From Gammaproteobacteria bacterium (GTDB taxonomy: Bacteria; Pseudomonadota; Gammaproteobacteria; UBA4575), in NCBI GenBank assembly GCA_965221955.1, contig CBDCTA010000028.1, positions 64,001-128,000 of the forward strand: DNA of 64,000 nt, written 5' to 3'. The stretch's first letter is position 1. Every line of letters starts with the position of its first letter. The notes under the pieces are model-generated. The model saw nothing but the letters and a program-made list of their open reading frames with translations. It made no database searches and was not told where the DNA came from. The translations under genes and the position numbers were made by a program. Below are positions 62,051 through 64,000 of this stretch, one piece after another.

Positions 62051-63424
62051 TTACGCAGCAACGCGTGCTTTACTTCCCTTAAGCTTTTCTTTAACGCGTT
62101 TGCGAATCGCCTCTAATACTTCTTGGTCGGATGGATAGGTCGATTCAAATGCAGGGCGCAAAGAAATCGGCACATCATCCATTCTATAAACTGTACCACC
62201 TGTGTTAATGCCATAAGTTGAAACTGCAAAACGCACTTTAGCAATACTACTTGTCACTGTGTCTTTTGTATCTAATGAAATAATTGGAATTTTCTTCATA
62301 TGTTCAATTGCAGCTTTAGGAAAATTTGACGCAGGATCAGAAGCAATAATCATCGCCGCATCCGCCTCTCCACGTGAAAGCAAATCAGTCGTTGTAAATT
62401 CACCTGGATTAAAACGAGGGTAGCCGCGATTGAAATTCACACCAAAAGGATATCCTGTTTGCCAAGACACAACATTATCAGCTCCTGTCACATTACCATG
62501 GCCACGTACAGGTTTAGCTACGAAGTGAGTAAATTCATTTAAATCTGCCGCTAATGACAATAACGCTCCCGAATTAAAATGCCGCCCTCTCGTCATCGTT
62601 AAACCCATACCAAAAAACAACACGCCAAATTGGCAGTTCTTCATGCGATCAACTAAGTCATCTAATACATCTCGTGATACGCCTGTTTGTTCTTCAATGT
62701 CGTTACTAATCTTTTTACCTTTAACCAACGCACGCAACGCCCATAGTACTTCAAAGTCTTTACCAGGTTTAAGTTTTACAAAGATATCCGCTACAGGCGC
62801 ACTTGGTGTTTTACGCACATCAAATAACACTACAGTACGATCTTTTTTCCCATTTGGAATGTACATACCTTTTGGTGTTACCGCATAACGTGTGAAATGT
62901 CGTGGATGTGATTCAGCTGGATTACCACCCCAGTAGATAATTAAATCTGCACGGTTCTTAACTTCACCTAATGTTGCAGTACTCTCCCCTACTCCTTGGA
63001 AGGCCATACCCGATGGACCGTGACAAACTGACGTTGTGGTATCAATGTTCCCGTTTATCGTATCCATGATATCTACGGTGACACGTTGTGCTTCACAAGT
63101 TGAATCACTCATTCCATACGTGATTGGAAACTTTGCATCAACTAAGATCTTTGCTGCTGCTTCAACACCTTCTTCAAAACTGGCTTTTTTACCATCAATT
63201 AACACTTCTGGGCGCGTATCTAAAGTGTGTTCGTAAAACCAGGCACGGCCTAAAACACACGCTTTTTTAGCTTTGGTAATTTTATGTTGATCTAGATCGA
63301 CTGTGAGTTCCATATCGTCACAAACACAACCACAAAAGGTGCACGTTGCGTCTTTAACGATTTTAATATTTTTATTTTCTTCTTTGGTTTTTACGGGTGC
63401 TTTTGCAGGCGCTGTTTCACTCAT
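62051..63424 (-). CDS. fwdB: Formylmethanofuran dehydrogenase subunit B with intact Fe-S and Mo/W motifs
   Basis: CTFCGCVCDD...KACVLG, TTSVCHGP, EVKNRAD, HPRH, RGHGNV.G, YRMD. Confidence 0.93.
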   Translation of the reverse strand: MSETAPAKAPVKTKEENKNIKIVKDATCTFCGCVCDDMELTVDLDQHKITKAKKACVLGRAWFYEHTLDTRPEVLIDGKKASFEEGVEAAAKILVDAKFPITYGMSDSTCEAQRVTVDIMDTINGNIDTTTSVCHGPSGMAFQGVGESTATLGEVKNRADLIIYWGGNPAESHPRHFTRYAVTPKGMYIPNGKKDRTVVLFDVRKTPSAPVADIFVKLKPGKDFEVLWALRALVKGKKISNDIEEQTGVSRDVLDDLVDRMKNCQFGVLFFGMGLTMTRGRHFNSGALLSLAADLNEFTHFVAKPVRGHGNVTGADNVVSWQTGYPFGVNFNRGYPRFNPGEFTTTDLLSRGEADAAMIIASDPASNFPKAAIEHMKKIPIISLDTKDTVTSSIAKVRFAVSTYGINTGGTVYRMDDVPISLRPAFESTYPSDQEVLEAIRKRVKEKLKGSKARVAA

Positions 63425-63455
63425 AACAAATATTCCAAATAATTAAGTAATAAAT

Positions 63456-63800
63456 TTATCTTGCTTTAGTAACGGTAACTTCCATATGTTTAGACAATGG
63501 CATACCTGTTCCAGCAGTATCCGATGCCATCAATTCACTTGAAGGTGGCCCATACGGAATAAAAATCATTCCTGAGGGAAGGTCTTCATCTTTTTTACTT
63601 TTACAGGTCACTACAGTTTGGCCAACCTCTGACTTCAAACGAATTTTGTCACCATCTTTCAACTTAAGTCGCTTCATGTCTTTTTCATTCAGCTCAGCAG
63701 TAGAGGTTACTTTCTTATATTCGTCTTTAAGCTTGCCTTCATTTAGAGATGTCCCCTGGCTTTGTGACCGGCCGGGTACAAGTATCATGGTCTCCGCCAT
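63456..63800 (-). CDS. fwdD: Formylmethanofuran dehydrogenase subunit D (molybdopterin dinucleotide-binding)
   Basis: GRSQSQG, GMIFIPYGP, TAGTGMP.SK; immediately upstream of B. Confidence 0.88.
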   Translation of the reverse strand: MAETMILVPGRSQSQGTSLNEGKLKDEYKKVTSTAELNEKDMKRLKLKDGDKIRLKSEVGQTVVTCKSKKDEDLPSGMIFIPYGPPSSELMASDTAGTGMPLSKHMEVTVTKAR

Positions 63801-64000
63801 CTAGGATTCCTTATAAATACAAAAAGTAATAAGTTTTTACTGTAAGCGAGAGAAAATAGATCTTAGGCCAAATTTCGTTCCACCAAACGTATTCGATGAG
63901 AAAAACCGCCAATTGTCTACCCCAAATTTAAGGTAAAGAGGTAGTGTGTGCTAACTCTGCAGAGATATAATGTTAGCATATTTAACTTAATTTACACCTG

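Noticed and set aside
63010-63040. Selenocysteine in FwdB
   Set aside because: The ligand codon is TGT (Cys); there is no in-frame TGA.
1-64000. CRISPR arrays, rRNA/tRNA genes, transposases, prophage or defence systems
   Set aside because: No spaced direct repeats, RNA gene signatures or such proteins were recognised by eye; the lone NYN protein has no defence-type partners.

Overview
AT-rich bacterial chromosome segment, most likely gammaproteobacterial (prfB-recJ, rapA, slyX, srkA, ycbB/ycbK context). It carries a nearly complete tetrahydromethanopterin (H4MPT)/methanofuran-linked C1 oxidation gene set in three blocks: orf20-orf19-mfnB (3.0-5.7 kb); mptG-mtdB-orfY-mch-orf5-orf7-fae plus orf17/orf1/orf9/pabB/orf21 (15.7-29.8 kb); and fwdD-B-A-ftr-C followed by a ferredoxin and a ferredoxin-NADP reductase (56.5-63.8 kb). 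Between the blocks lie housekeeping genes, tandem MMPL transporters and a glucosylglycerate cluster. Best leads: (1) the formylmethanofuran complex keeps archaeal Fwd-type Mo/W and Fe-S motifs plus a D subunit, next to Fd and FNR; (2) a Zn-finger/LAGLIDADG-like/QueD-like fusion directly downstream of fae; (3) a 128-aa protein resembling the catalytic half of sulfur oxygenase reductase; (4) orfY apparently needs a non-canonical ATT start; (5) two related palindromic elements in C1 operons, one with a nested hairpin insert. No rRNA, tRNA, CRISPR array or transposase was recognised. All family assignments are by motif recognition by eye; no searches were run.
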